Of a DNA stretch of 64,000 nt, positions 1 to 13,353 are shown piece after piece. The notes under the pieces were generated by a model. That model did no database searches. It worked only from the letters and a program-made list of their open reading frames with translations, and was not told where the DNA came from. The stretch covers positions 116,312,001 to 116,376,000 of the forward strand of contig OZ024742.1 in NCBI GenBank assembly GCA_964016885.1, written 5' to 3'. How positions within the stretch are numbered: position 1 is the stretch's first letter; each line of letters begins with the position of its first letter. Origin of the DNA: Eledone cirrhosa (lineage: Eukaryota). Position numbers and translations under genes: made by a program.

Positions 1-1102
1 TTTTCGTGTTGGCTTCGATGCCGGCGAGGACAGCCGCTATTAGCCAGGGAATGTCGATGGCCGGTGGAGCGTGGGTCACCCTGATCTTTACGAGTCTCTG
101 GCCACAATAGCTTGGGACGAGTGTGAAGTCGTCACTTTTTAATGGGGCCATGGAGTGTTCTCTAGCCTCCGCTGGTGTTTCAAAGAACACATCCACGGTT
201 CCATACTTTTGCCCACGTCTGATGTGGGTTTTTCTTGCCCACACATGTCCCAAAGCTTTTTGGATTTGGGACTCGGATGCCCGTTCCACTCGGCGCGATT
301 TTACATTTATTGTTCTATACGACACGGTGCATAGGCGCCGATGCTCCATTTTATTAGGTGGGGGGTGAGGCTGACCCTGTACCCATCTTTCTTTACCATT
401 TGTTTGGCATTTTCTAAATCCTCCTGAGTTACCGTGAAAGCTTCGAACTGTTTTGCTACTATGGCGAAACTGAGGGTCGTTTTTATAATGTCATTGTTGT
501 TGTTGTTGCTATCGTTATTTGTGTTAATATTAATTTTAGTTTCAGTTGTGGTGGTGGTGACGTCAGTCGTCTTTGGTGCGGAAGAGTCCATTTTGCTTGA
601 TTTCATTTCGACATCACGAGTTAATTTATTTTTTTCTTCTTTTGTTTCTGTTGTCGCGGTGGTGGTGGGGGTGGGGGTTGTCGCGGTGGTGGTGCTGGTG
701 GAGGCTTTAACACCTGCAGTCATTGGTAATGGCGGGAAATGAATGTCTGCCTGAGACAAATTTAAAATATTGCTACTGCTTATATTTTTTTTGGTGTTGG
801 CGAACGTAGTAACATTTACAATGGTGGTGTCGGTGTGAGGTGTTAATTTGTGAGGAAGGCTTTCAGCTGTTTGGTGCAGAGGTGAATTAGCCATTTTTGT
901 TCAAAGAAATTTTTTGATAATAATAAAAGTTTAAATTTTGGGCACAAGGCCCCAATCTTTTTGGGTGTCCTTTTCGGAAAACAATGTATGTGCGCTTATA
1001 AACAGTTAACAATAAAATTTTCCATAAATGACAATTTGTAACAAACGGAAATAACAAACCTTTGCGGAGCTCACGATGATACGATTTACTACGTAGGTCG
1101 CC
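1..1102 (-). mobile_element. 5' end (UTR + frameshifted ORF1-like region) of a probable non-LTR retrotransposon running off the left edge
   Basis: ORF from ATG at 894 (Thr/Asn-rich N-terminus) continues, after a frameshift at the G-run near 355-366, as ...NKMEHRRLCTVSYR...GTVDVFFETPAEA...VKIRVTHAPP..., resembling the RRM-like segment of LINE ORF1. The element begins directly next to the (AAT)n tract at 1103-1144. Confidence 0.5.

Positions 1103-1144
<42 letters not shown>
1103..1144. repeat. (AAT)n microsatellite
   Basis: Direct reading. Confidence 0.95.
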
Positions 1145-1145
<1 letters not shown>

Positions 1146-2257
1146 GAATAAGACGCACGAGGTGGCGGAGGTCATGAAATCGCTCCCGTAAGTTTTGAAT
1201 TTTTAACATATTTAAATCATTTCTGAAATAACAACTCTTAGTACAAATGCTACGTAAAGCACCCGGCTTGAGCCCCAAAAAATTCGGACCCAAAATATAT
1301 TGTTATAAGGCTCAAATATTCAAATATTCAACTTTGTATTGTACACTGTATATCCAAAAAAGAAAATGGCTATAAATGGAAGAAGAACCCCCCCCCCCTC
1401 CTCTCCTCTGTCTACACTATATAGAACAGCCAAACTCACGAACACCAGAAACTAGATACACCACCCACCCCATCACCTGTGTACACTAAACACAACAGCC
1501 AGATAACGGCATTTTCACCACCACCGCTCACTACGGCCATCATTACCACCATTATCCCATCACCGCCGCCACCACCCCTTCACTCATTCACTGCTACCAC
1601 CGCTACAGCACCATCACTACAGTAATACGGTCACATCACCGCCACCACTGCCTCGGTATCAACATCACCACCACCACTGTCTCAGTATCGACATCACCAC
1701 GACCACTGTCTCAGTATCGCTACCGCCGCCAGTCAACCACTTCACCCAGCTGGCTGCTGCCACCACATTATAGAATCCCTACTGCTAAAAAAGAGGAAGG
1801 CATCAAAATATATAGATAGACTAAAAAAAAAAAAGAAAAGTAAACAACAAAAACCAAAGCAGCACAGCAACAACAGCAAAAAACGAGAAAAACAAACAGA
1901 GAAAAACAAAAACAAAAACAAACAAAAAAAAAACCCCAAAAACGTAAAGAAAATAAGAATGAAGAGAGAAGCAGGCGGACGGACGGAGAAGAGGGGGGGA
2001 AAACTAAAACTTAAAAAACAAAAACTAAGTCAGACATTCGAACACTACATTACAATGAAACTTATGCTTATTCATTTTTGGGGCCCTTTCTTCCTGTGTG
2101 TTTGTTTGTTTATGTGTGTTCGTATACAGCGTGGTGATAATGCCACACAAGGGCCAAGTGGAATGGCGGATCCACAGATGGCTATGTAACCATACATTCG
2201 CCAATCCTCGATAAGAGTGTTTAAATATCGAACATAAACAGTTCGAATAACGGTGAA

Positions 2258-5200
2258 ATGGAGACTAGAACGTCATGTGACAGACTCTCACCCAACAGGT
2301 ACCCCCTGGCTCAGCAGCAGGAACCTGACTGTCAACCAAATACTGCTGATGTTGGAGGAAGGAGAAGAAGGAAAGGGGCCAGAACCAACTGGACGAAATA
2401 ATTGAATAGAACTGTTATGCAATGTTACCTGAAAAGTAACCCCAAGGAGAGGGGCTACAGGAGACGGATGCATAACATCTGGAACGAGATTGGTTTATTT
2501 AAATTAGATGAACAAAAATTGGCCGGGCAGGCTCGGGTAATAAGAACTAATGGGTGGATAAGCGAGCTGGAACTGGAGGAACTGAGCAGAGAGAATGGCT
2601 TCGAGATGGCGGGTGTAGTATGCCAGACAAGCGAGCCAGTGGGAAATGAAGGTGGAGAGGTCCTGAGAACGGAGGAACCACCCGAAGCAGACAATGATCT
2701 GAATACTGAGATAAATAATACCTGGAACAGAGATACGGCCACTGAGGAGATGAATGCTGACGGGCTAGGACAAGATTCGGTTGACATCCTAAATTTAGTG
2801 GTAGATGAATTGAACAATGATAGTGGGAGACCTATGAACCTAAGATTTGTAGACAGGAAAAAGTTAAAAGAAACAACAGCTAAGGTAAACAAAGTCATCC
2901 CATACCTTGAGGCGAGGAGCCTTCACCAGTGCAACAATATCCTCAAAGCAACAGCAAATACGGTGAGGAAACTACTTGGTATAAAAGCGAGAGGAAACAA
3001 CAGACAAGAAAGAGCAGAGCCGTGGTGGAAGAAGCGACTGAGTGGGCAAATCGGGGAAATGAGAAATGACATAGGAAAGCTTGAGTCACTACTGAATGGG
3101 ACACTCAAAAACATAGGCACTAAAAATAGACTGGAAATAAAATACAAAACTAGGAGGAGAAAGCTAAATATTATCATAGAGGAACTGAAGCAACGCATTG
3201 TAGCAAAGAGTGCAAAAATCAGGCGATACGAGAACAGAGTCAGTCAGTATAAACAGAACCGCATGTTCGACAACAACCAGAAGATGCTGTTTGGACAGCT
3301 TGAGGGGAAAGAAAGAGGCAACGACTTGATCCCTGGGGCGGAGCAAACTTAAACATTCTGGAGAGGAATATGGGAGCAGGATGTTAGACATAATGTCCAG
3401 GCAGGGTGGATTGAGACAGTACAGAGGGAGATCGGTGAGCAGGCACAGCAACAAACTGATTTGAGTATCACAGTTGAAACTCTTAAGGGGCAGGTAAAAA
3501 AACTAACCAACTGGAAATCACCAGGCCCAGATGGTGTGCAGGGGTATTGGATTAAACATTTAACATCCCTCCACCCGAAGCTGACGGCCATGTTCAATGA
3601 CTGCTTGGTGTCGGGTGAGGTGCCAGAGTGGGTGACAAAAGGTACCACAGTTCTGATAATGAAAGACCGAATCAAGGGTAATGATGTTACCAACTATAGA
3701 CCTATTACATGTCTGTCCGTAATGTGGAAACTGTTGACGAGCATTGTGTCTGAGGAAATCTACCATCACCTCCACACAAACAACTTGTTAGCGGACGAAC
3801 AGAAAGGATGCCGAAAGAAGTCACGTGGTACAAAGGACCAGTTACTTATTGATAAGATGGTAATTGGGAATTGCAGGAGGAGACACACAGATCTTGCCAT
3901 GGGATGGATAGACTACAGAAAGGCATTTGACATGCTGCCTCATTCTTGGATCACCAAAAGCCTGGAGATCTTCAGGGTGGCAGATAACATCAGACAGTTG
4001 CTAGGCAGGAGTATGGGGTCCTGGGAGACAGAGTTGACATCAACTGGAGTATCCTTGGGAAGCGTGAAGATCAAGAGAGGTATCTTCCAGGGAGATAGCC
4101 TGTCCCCTCCGTTGTTTGTCCTTGCCCTGATGCCCTTGACCATTATGCTGCGAAAAGTGAGAGCAGGATACAAGTTGGGAAGGGGAGAGCTTACCATCAA
4201 TCACCTCCTCTTCATGGACGATCTTAAGCTCTTCGGAAAGAGTGAGGAGTTGGATGTGCTTGTTGACACTGTCCGTATTTTCAGCAATGATATATGTATG
4301 CAATTTGGTATTAGTAAGTGTGGAGTCATTGTGATGAAGAGGGGTAAGTTGAGCAGAAGTAACGGAATCCAGGTACCAACAGGTGAGATGATAAAGGAAA
4401 TTGACACTGAAGAAGGATACAAGTATTTGGGCGTTCTGGAGGCTGATGACATCAAGAACAAAAAAATGAAGGAATTGATAAGCACTGAATACATTCGGAG
4501 AGTAAGGAGCGTATTAAAATCACATTTAAACAGTAGGGATGCCATAAGTGCAGTAAATTCCCGAGCTGTGTCTATAATTAGGTACAGTGCGGGAATTCTG
4601 AGATGGAATGTTGCTGAACAAAAAGAAATGGATAGGAAGACTAGGAAGCTATTGACTATCTACAACATGTTCCACAAGAGGAGTGATGTCGATAGACTCT
4701 ACTTAAGGAGATCTGAAGTTGCAAGAGGTCTTATCGGCATAGAGGACTGTGTTCAGATGGAGAAAAATAACCTACACAAATACGTGACTGATAGTAAGGA
4801 GCCAATGCTCAGAACTGTACTGAAGGAGGGAACAATAGGCCAGGGGATGTCCAAGGAGGAAATAACATCAAGGAGAAAGAGCAGCCTTAAGGGAAAATCC
4901 CTACATAGTACCTTCTTTGAGAAAACTGAATTTAAAGATCCACAGACATGGAACTGGTTGAAAAGAGGAGACCTTAAACAGGCTACAGAAGGAATGTTAA
5001 TGGCTGCGCAGGAGCAGGCCCTCAACACGAAGTGGTTGAAACACCATATTTACAAGGAGGAGGCTAGCCCACTGTGCAGGGTCTGTGGAGAGAGAGAGAG
5101 GAGACTGTGGCTCACATTGTATCCGAGTGTAAACACCTAGCCCAGACTAACTATAAAGGCTGGAGACATGATGTGATAGGCAGGGTGATCCACTGGCACC

Positions 5201-5745
5201 TATGCCAAGTAAACAATTTACCACATTCTGAGAAGTGGTATGAGCATAAGCCAGAGTCGGTGATGGAAAACGATCAGATGAAGGTGCTGTGGGATTTTAG
5301 GATACAGACGGACAAGAAACTGGAACACAATAGACCTGACCTGGTGGTTTTGGACAAGGGAAAAATATCGTGCCTGATTGTGGATGTAGCCTGCCCATTC
5401 GACACGAGAGTGCAAGAGAAGGAGAGGGAGAAAATTAACCGATACAAGGACTTAAAGTGGGAGGTAAAATGATTTGGAACTGCCATGAGGTCAAAGTGGT
5501 CCCGATTGTCATAGGCGCTCTACGTACTATCTCAAAGAGTTTCTAAGGATAGCTAAAGAAAATTGGTCCCGCCCCGCTTTTTGGAACACTTCAAAAGGCA
5601 TGTTTGCTGGGAACAGCAAGAAGCCTCCGATACGTCCTGAATATCTGAGGCTGCAGGTAGTGGTTTGATATTCATTTCAACAAACTTTCCAGTTAAATAA
5701 CATCAATGACTGAGACTCAAAGAAAAATAATAATAATAATAATAA
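2258..5745 (+). mobile_element. R4/Dong-clade RLE-type non-LTR retrotransposon, near full length, inactivated by stops and frameshifts
   Basis: One disrupted ORF (ORF-track pieces 2402-3352, 3461-5140, 5074-5472; final stop at 5646-5648). RT motifs KSPGPDG, NYRPITCL, WIDYRKAFD, GIFQGDSLSP, HLLFMDDLKLF, YKYLG; CCHC knuckle CRVC..ETVAHIVSEC; RLE motifs RHD, RPDLVVLD, VDVACPFD, EKINRYKDL. Ends in an (AAT)n tract, as expected for Dong elements that target (TAA)n. Confidence 0.92.
3461..5140 (+). pseudogene. Reverse transcriptase domain of the R4/Dong element
   Basis: 559-aa open segment with all non-LTR RT motifs, bounded by an upstream in-frame stop (3350-3352) and a downstream frameshift in a GA run (~5090-5100). 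Confidence 0.9.
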
Positions 5746-5924
5746 TTGTTTCTACTTTAGGCACAAGGCCAGCAATTATTCAGTGCATTACTGGTACTTT
5801 ATTTTATCGACCCCGTAAGGATGAAAGGCAAAGTCAACCTCGTCGGGATTTGAACTCAGATCATAAAGGGACGTAACTATGCTGGAAAGCATGACGTCCG
5901 ACCATCTACCGATACTGCCAATCC
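5743..5924 (-). mobile_element. tRNA-derived SINE (family A)
   Basis: Reverse complement reads ggattggcagtatcggtaga (A-box-like) ... gagttcaaatccc (B box) ... ctttgcctttcatccttacggggtcgataaaataaagtaccag ... ggccttgtgcctaaagtagaaac-(ATT)n. More than 10 copies in the window. Confidence 0.85.
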
Positions 5925-7313
5925 AATAATAATAATAATGGGGCGTCAACATTTTTCCTTCCTCTCTTTAACTCTGTACTTCCTTGACGTCATTAAAAAC
6001 ACTCGTCCTCATATTTTGTTCGCATGTTTTGTTCCATCGTTTGATTAAGGTAATTTCCTAGATAACCGGATAGAATTTCTTTCACAGATGGACCGGTCAA
6101 AGAAATTTTTCAACGTAATAATTTCTCATAGGCTGCACGTTTTCATAAATTTCGCAGAGAAAGAACGAATTAAGTGCAACATAAATAGTATCATCCCACC
6201 AAGTAACAGATCACAAATAATTATTTGGTTAAAGCTATCCAGATATATAGCCGTGTTATCGTTATGCAATTTTGCATCACCAAATGCCCTGTGCTCAATA
6301 TGAAAAGAAGGGAAAACAGCCTTTAAGTAGACTAAGGCTGCCATCTAAAGAAAGATAGTATATACAAGTATTTGAGGATTTTAGAACTGGAAAACATTTT
6401 ACATGCAGAAATGAAAGAAAAGTTTAGAGATATATATTTATATTAAACATGATTAAAATGCTATTCAACGACAATGTATTGTCTTTTAGTCTCAAAATAT
6501 AATTGCTGTAGCGTTTGCCGCTTCTGCTAGTGTTGTTGTTATCTTCTTTTTATTTTATTATTTTTGCCTTATGTTTGAAATATTGGCGGTGGTTTGAACT
6601 CGAATTGACATCTGGCTATTCCATTCAATGGACATCTTGCAGTTGCATTTTACGTATGCGATGAATGGATATTTGCCTCCATTTTTATTATCACTTATCA
6701 ATTATTTGCATTTTAAAATATCGGGGACATATTTCATTTAAAATAGAGACTTTTTAGATAAGGGCCGAATTTTTCAGGGCCGCCACTTTCAATGTATAAA
6801 GTTAGGAATATAATACACAAAAATATAACAATTATGAAAATGCTCTAAGCAATGAAATGAAGAAACTTCATAGAGCTGTAACGATAGATGTTAGGAACGA
6901 TAGAAAGCTAAATATAATTGTAAGAGAAATGGAATTTAGCTTTGATTGGTGACTTTCCTAGTCGTGGTTTACACAATAAAATCACTGGTAGTTGCGCAAC
7001 TTCATAAACGTCAATCACATGACTAAAGAGAAGAAATATGAATTCAAATTGCTATGAGAATGGAAATGTTTATGGAAGTCTAATGGAAGAACCCGAGATG
7101 AAGACGTCGGGCAGAGGAAGTGTAATGGGGGTGGAGATGTTAAAAGCTAACCTCGGGGGATACAGGCGTCCACAGATCCTTATCATGCAGCTGTGCCAAA
7201 AAAATAAAATGCATGTTTTTAACCACAAAAGTGTAAAAGGACGAAATGAAAAGGGTCACAGAAGGACATGGAGCGAAGCATATGATAGCATTAGTAGTAG
7301 TAGAAGTAATAAT

Positions 7314-7682
7314 AATGGTTTCTGATTTAGGCACAAGGCCAACAATCTCAGGGGAAAAGAAAGTCGATTAAATCAACCTCATTCTATTACTGGTACTTTA
7401 TTTTATCGACCCCGTAAGGATGAAAGGCAAAACTAAACTCGGCAGGATTTGAACTCAGAACGTAAAGGATGATAACTCTATGCTACGAACATGGTGTCCG
7501 ACGCTCTATCAATACTGCCAATCCACCGAATTTAATAATAATAATTGTTTCTACTGTTGGCACAAGGCCAGCAATTACGCAGTGTATTACTGGTACTTTA
7601 TTTTATCGACCCCATAAGGATGAAAGGTAAAGTTAACCTCGGCGGGATTTAAACTCACAATGGGAAGGGCCATAACTCTATG
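7314..7682 (-). mobile_element. Two tandem SINE family A copies (7314-7527, 7542-7682)
   Basis: Same ttttatcgaccccgtaaggatgaaaggc core and ggcacaaggcc tail as 5743-5924. Confidence 0.85.
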
Positions 7683-8896
7683 GGTTATTTAATAATAATA
7701 ATAATATTATTTTATTAAGCACAATAATAAATAGAAGATATATTTTTATGCCATTTATGACATATATTTTATCGTTAAAATAAACAGCGGGACAACAAAA
7801 TATGTTTTAAAATGCAATGAACAGAATATGTCCTTAATATTATTTTTTTGAATTTCATTTATACCAATACAATCTATACATTTCTCTAAAGCCTACGTAA
7901 AGTGTGTGTAGAAACAATAAGATTTGATAACAGCATAATACACCTATAGATTTGCTAAAAGCTTCTCTTTTATAGATTTGGTTAACTTTAAAAAAATATT
8001 TAGCTAAATGTGTATTTATCATATCACAAACGTTAGAACTCTATGTCCGTGAATGTTGGCAAAGCCTCCTCAAACGTAAATCAGCAAAAGTATGTAAAGT
8101 TAATCTTAGTCTTAAAACAATATAATAAACAAATACTGCAAGTATATACACTAAAGCCACAATAATTGAACGGAATCTGGTGAAGCAAACGAGAAATGAT
8201 ACAGGTCGACAAAAACTAGCCAACGGCAAGTTTTGTAGAATTGTTTCATTTAATTCAGCTGTTGAGTGAAATAGAGAAGCTAACTAAATGGAGAAAACAC
8301 ACATATATATAGCATGAGTGTGTGTGCGCGTTCTCGTTGTATATGTTTGTGGAACAAACATGCACCAACCATTGGCTTAGCAAAACTTCAAAGTAAACAG
8401 TGACTATTAATAACAATTATATGTACACATACACACACGCACACACACGTTTGTATTGTTGTAAAATGCGGCCCCAACAGCCCGAAGTAGGCAGCTGGGA
8501 AACCGCCAGCCTACCCAGCTAGCCAACTTGCTTAGAATGGAAGAAATAGAGGCACCAGACTGGATATCTTGTGTAATGTTGTTCTTCGCCGCCCTGGTTC
8601 ACGCCGACTATACAATTCACCAACATTACACCGATTATCTTTACCACGCCGTCTTCCTCAGACAGACTGCGCTCGTTGTCAACCTGACACCAACTGCATA
8701 TATGTTCAACTCTACCGGTTTAAATAGTCGACCTCCAGTAAAACGCAGAAAACCCCGTTCATCATGCTTCAAATCAGTCACGTGATCCATTGTTCGATTT
8801 TCCTCGCTTTCTTTTGTAGATCTTAGGAACAGTGTTTCGAATTCAAATGATAAAATGTGCAGTTGATGATTGACTTTACAATCTCCCCCGTAACAG

Positions 8897-8933
<37 letters not shown>

Positions 8934-10044
8934 AGTAATAATAAATGTGAAGACTAAATTCCGAAGAGGTCTCGATAGGGATTATATATATACATATAAT
9001 AAACATATATAGAATAAACACGCAGAGATAATATCTATCTATATATATATATATATATGAGATGAGAGAGTGGGAGTGAGTGGAGAAATAGAGAGGATGG
9101 GGTAAGTGATAGATGTCCTGTCGGTTTTTGGTTATGCAAAAGTACGAAATAGTAATAAACTAGATAGGATCTCCTTCAATGCTAAATTCAAGTAACGAAC
9201 AATATTTCCTGATGACATCTGGCTTACTAATACTATGGTCATGAAGGTTACGTGAGTTATCAATAAACTTTATCCACCTTTGTTTTACCTGTACCATAGA
9301 TCGGCACTTTTCATATTAACTCTATATTGTATTAGTAAGCAGATTTCTTGCCGCAATATTTGAGTTTTCTGATGATATATTGCGCATAATTATTGCTTCA
9401 TCAAAATATATGAAATATTTCAATAATATTTGCTGCTTCGATATTACATTTTAGATGTAACACCTAATCATTCATTTCATTATATTTAGTTTAGCAATTT
9501 CAATTACTTGGGTAAACACTCTAGTTCACCAACTTGTTGTAAATAGAACCCAACTTCTGTTTATAGGTTCTGTTAATGGCATAGTCAGAAAAGGAAGTGC
9601 AGTGCCCTGAAGTTTTCTAAGCATCCACGACAGTTGAGATGAAACGAAATGTCTGTACTCAGGCCAGTGATCCAGGAGGGATTACAATAAAAAAGCAGTA
9701 ATTGTTTTATGTAGGGTTTACTCTATCTATAACGAGATATATTATCAAGAGGAAAAATTAAAAACGTTGTGCCGAAAATGTATCACGTTAAATGTTTTTA
9801 AGCTATAAAATGCATTATAACGTTAAGATATAATATATGATATAATATAATATAATGATAAAATATAATATATAGTACAAAATATATGTAATTTAATACG
9901 ACATGCTATAATAATATATGGAATAAAGTATATAATAACATCTGAAGTTAGCTTAACTTAGTAACTATTAGTCAATTGGAAACCTCTTGTTGTGACTTAA
10001 ATAGAGTGAATAAGAGCATTATTTCTTTGATGTCGCGGTGGTGG

Positions 10045-10225
10045 ATTGGCAGTAACAGTAGAGAGTCGGACGCCATGCTTTCCAGCGTAGTTACGTCCCT
10101 TTACGGTCTGAGTTCAAATCCCGCCGAGGTTTACTTTGCCTTTCATCCTTACGGGGTCGATAAAATAAAGTACCAGTAATGCACTGAGTAATTGCTGGCC
10201 TTGTGCCTAAAATTAGAAACAAATA
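10045..10225 (+). mobile_element. SINE family A
   Basis: A-box-like tggcagtaacagt, B box gagttcaaatcc, conserved core and tail. Confidence 0.88.
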
Positions 10226-10619
10226 TTTCTTTGATGTATCATCTCCGCTTGGCTTAGCCAATTTTACCAGTATTGTTTATTTTTTTTTTTTCTTGGAGGA
10301 CTAGATTGGATAGGATTCACGACATGCGAGAATGGCGAATAAAAATTGAATTTATGGACCATGGTTTATATGAAACATTTTCGATGGAATTGTATAACCT
10401 TGTGTTGTAGAAATGTGTCATTTACACAGGTGAGCTGGCGAATAGTGACTCAACTACGTTTTTTTTCAATCAGCTTAAACTCCTATGCAATTTAAGATAG
10501 GTAAAATGATGAGTGGTTAAATAACAATTAAAATTGTGTAATCATTAGTCGAGGCTATAATAAATACAGTCAGAAGAGGCATCTCTGGAGTGTCGAGTGA
10601 GAGAGAAAAAATGTTCGTA

Positions 10620-11290
10620 AGTTTTGCCTTCGACAGGCAGAGAACGAATTTATGAATTCTCTTTATAAAGCCGAGTGGAAATTAACGAAGAATGCTAACG
10701 GTGTTAATGAGGGAATCGCAATACATCTAATATCAAAATTGCCGTGTGACAAGTATGAGACTGCATGTATTACAGGAAACACTATAGATGTGAGATAAAT
10801 ATTCTAATTAGTGTGTATGATAGAAAATCTGCTAGAATTATAAGCCAGATCTTTCTTACACTACAGCTAGAGTCATTAAACGGATCAAAAATATTCCATT
10901 ATGTTATGCTTGATTTATTAAATTAGATTGAGTGGAGGGTCGGGGTTGGAATTGTTTTAATCACACGTCGGATCCATCAATACCGACACGGTGTTAAACT
11001 ATAACCTTCTTTTCCTTTATTCTGGTATGGTAATCGACGAATCTCCGGTAGACATAACATCTGGAAAGGGAAAAGATGAGTTGCGCATCTTTGTCAACAG
11101 AGAATTTGATATGTTATATATTTTAAAACCAAGGACGAGAACCGAAATCCTGAAAGCAAAAACACATATTGAGGGTTGTGATACGGCTTGTGAAAAAACA
11201 AATCCGGAAATAAAGAAACATAAGTCTGCCATGAGACAATAATTCGGTGAACGGTCAAAACAAAACATCAGTCGCCCTTGATCGAAATAA
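10620..11290 (+). pseudogene. Highly decayed Penelope-like element remnant (RT thumb / GIY-YIG-like)
   Basis: Fragments NEGIAIHLISKLP (cf. PLE N.P.YIH..SNHP) and KTHIEGCDT...HKSA (cf. KTYIG.C.T.FK.R..NHKS). Motif resemblance only. Confidence 0.3.
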
Positions 11291-11525
11291 CGATTTTATT
11301 ACTCAAAGCCTAGCATTAGCCAATATGTATTTTATGCAGTTTAATATAGAATAAAGTACACAGGTTACAATAGCACTCTACAGGTCAATAGATACGAGTG
11401 TACACAAACTCAAGTGTGTGTACACACACATGGTCTAGCACGAATGTGAACAGGTGTTTTTTACAAATTACAATATATTATCGGCAACGCCCTGCATTCT
11501 CCGTAGTGGTGCGTGTGCGATTGTG

Positions 11526-11589
<64 letters not shown>

Positions 11590-11592
11590 TAC

Positions 11593-11640
<48 letters not shown>

Positions 11641-12058
11641 ATTTATATATATATAAATATACATATATACATATAAATATGTGTGTGTATGTGTGTTCAC
11701 AGAGAGGGAGTTGGATAGATCGAGCAATCGATAGATAGATATGTATATATATATATATAAACACGTACAATATATGTGTGTGCGCATATGTATGTAAGAA
11801 TGTCTCTATAGATTTATATATACAGTGATATGTGTTTACGTAGGAATTTCTACACCCTTCCTCCAATTATACGAGTCCGCATTCAGTTGATGTCAGAATT
11901 GTTTTTAATTCTATAGTAAGATAAACATAAATTCTGATTATATACACATAAATATATATGTTAGAATGTGTGTGCGCGTGTGTCTTTACATGCTGTTATG
12001 TGTGTGTGTACGTGTGTGTGTTTGAAAGTGTGGATTCTTGTGTGTGACATGCTTATTT

Positions 12059-12102
<44 letters not shown>

Positions 12103-12240
12103 GTTTGAGGTTCACCACTGTATAGAGCTGGTCTTTTCCGTATGGTCAATCGTAATGTAATAATATAGAGAGTACTCAACGTAAAGCAGTTCAACCGTCT
12201 TTGTTTTTGTAGTTGGTGGTGCTATTACGGAGTTAAATAT

Positions 12241-12402
12241 TATAATGAAATGACAGGAGGCTGGATTTGTGTAAATCCCTTGAAAGATTTATTATACTAT
12301 GATCATTTCAATGACCGGGTTCCGTATGAATCCGGTCATTGAAATGATCATAGTATAATAAACCTTTCAAGGATTTACACAAATCCAGCCTCCTGTCATT
12401 TC

Positions 12403-12408
<6 letters not shown>
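12241..12408. repeat. Fold-back inverted repeat made of the 3' half of a hammerhead module (family of 22088-22145)
   Basis: Near-perfect arms around the imperfect hairpin accgggttccgtatgaatccggt. Each arm carries GAAA-tgatca-TA-gtat-aataaa but no CTGATGA. A further partial arm lies at 12441-12473. Confidence 0.9.
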
Positions 12409-12446
<38 letters not shown>

Positions 12447-12486
12447 GAAATGACAGGAGGCTGGATTTGTGTATATATATATATGT

Positions 12487-13226
12487 ATACAATAGTACAG
12501 CATATTCGAAGTTCGATCAGCAGCCAAGCCAACGAATGCCTTCAGCAGTACAGCCAAGCACTCGACAAGGAATAAACCTCAGAGTAATAACATACAGTTT
12601 AAAGGGCTTTGCAAATTGAAAATAGCGACCGCTAATTTAGCCGCATGATCTGTAGCAAAGAAAGAACTGACTAATGAGAAAAGGAAATACACACACACAC
12701 ATATATATATATACATATAAAAATATACATACATACATATATGCACATATCTGTATATATAACATACCCGGACCGACACTTGGAAATTACTGAACATCCA
12801 AGTGAGGTTTCTGTAAATCCGAAATCAACAAAATCCGCTTGTGGTGTATACAAGTTAGGTTTCTGGAAGATCGAACAGAGGAATTTACTTTCTCAACAGG
12901 CTCTCGTTCTAACCCAGAACCAGGTGTGAAGCACATGTTACTCCAAAGGGAGGTAACCCCGGTTTCTGGCGGTCAATTAAAATATTATGGGCAATGGAAA
13001 AAAATGACATACACATACTGAATTAAGCACTCAATCAGACCGTTATTAAACAAACTTAAATAATTAACCAATCAATGGAATTGTCAAATTAAATTAATCA
13101 ATTAATCATTAAGTCTAGGAAATAGTAATACAATAGTACAGCATATTCGAATCTCGATCAGCAGCTAAGCCAACGAATGCCTGCAACAGTGGAGCCAAGC
13201 ATTCGACAGGGAATAAACCTCAGAGT
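12487..13226 (-). mobile_element. TA-flanked element with ~100-bp terminal direct repeats (12487-12585, 13128-13226; period ~641) containing a variant HHR-like motif at 12952-13041
   Basis: The direct repeat is read directly. Minus strand: ggt-CTGATTGA-gtgcttaatt...aattgaccgcca-GAAA-ccgggg-TT-acc; stem I is only 3 bp. Confidence 0.6.
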
Positions 13227-13301
13227 ATATATATATTATAGAGTAAAATGAGAGGAGGTTGGACAGTTTGTATTCCTTTAGATGTTATTACTGCAAACAC
13301 T

Positions 13302-13353
13302 ACACTATGCTCATCTCAGTAGCCAGGTTACGAATGAATCCGGTTACATCTTC

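Noticed and set aside
2075-2220. HDV-like ribozyme at the 5' end of the R4/Dong element
   Set aside because: Hairpins are present, but I could not fit the nested double pseudoknot (P1.1, L3 and catalytic J4/2).
6060-7310. Possible host exons (ORFs 6126-6344 and 7038-7325)
   Set aside because: No recognisable domain; weak resemblance to decayed RTE RT and C-terminal segments, too degraded to call.
9200-9430. Two CTGATGA motifs (9209, 9369) as possible hammerheads
   Set aside because: No consistent GAAA-stem III-UH-stem I' pairing could be built; at best heavily decayed.
10045-10130. tRNA gene
   Set aside because: A and B boxes are present but there is no cloverleaf; it is the head of a multi-copy SINE.
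12860-12910. Minus-strand CTGTTGA...GAAA as an HHR
   Set aside because: Invariant A6 is mutated and stem I does not pair.
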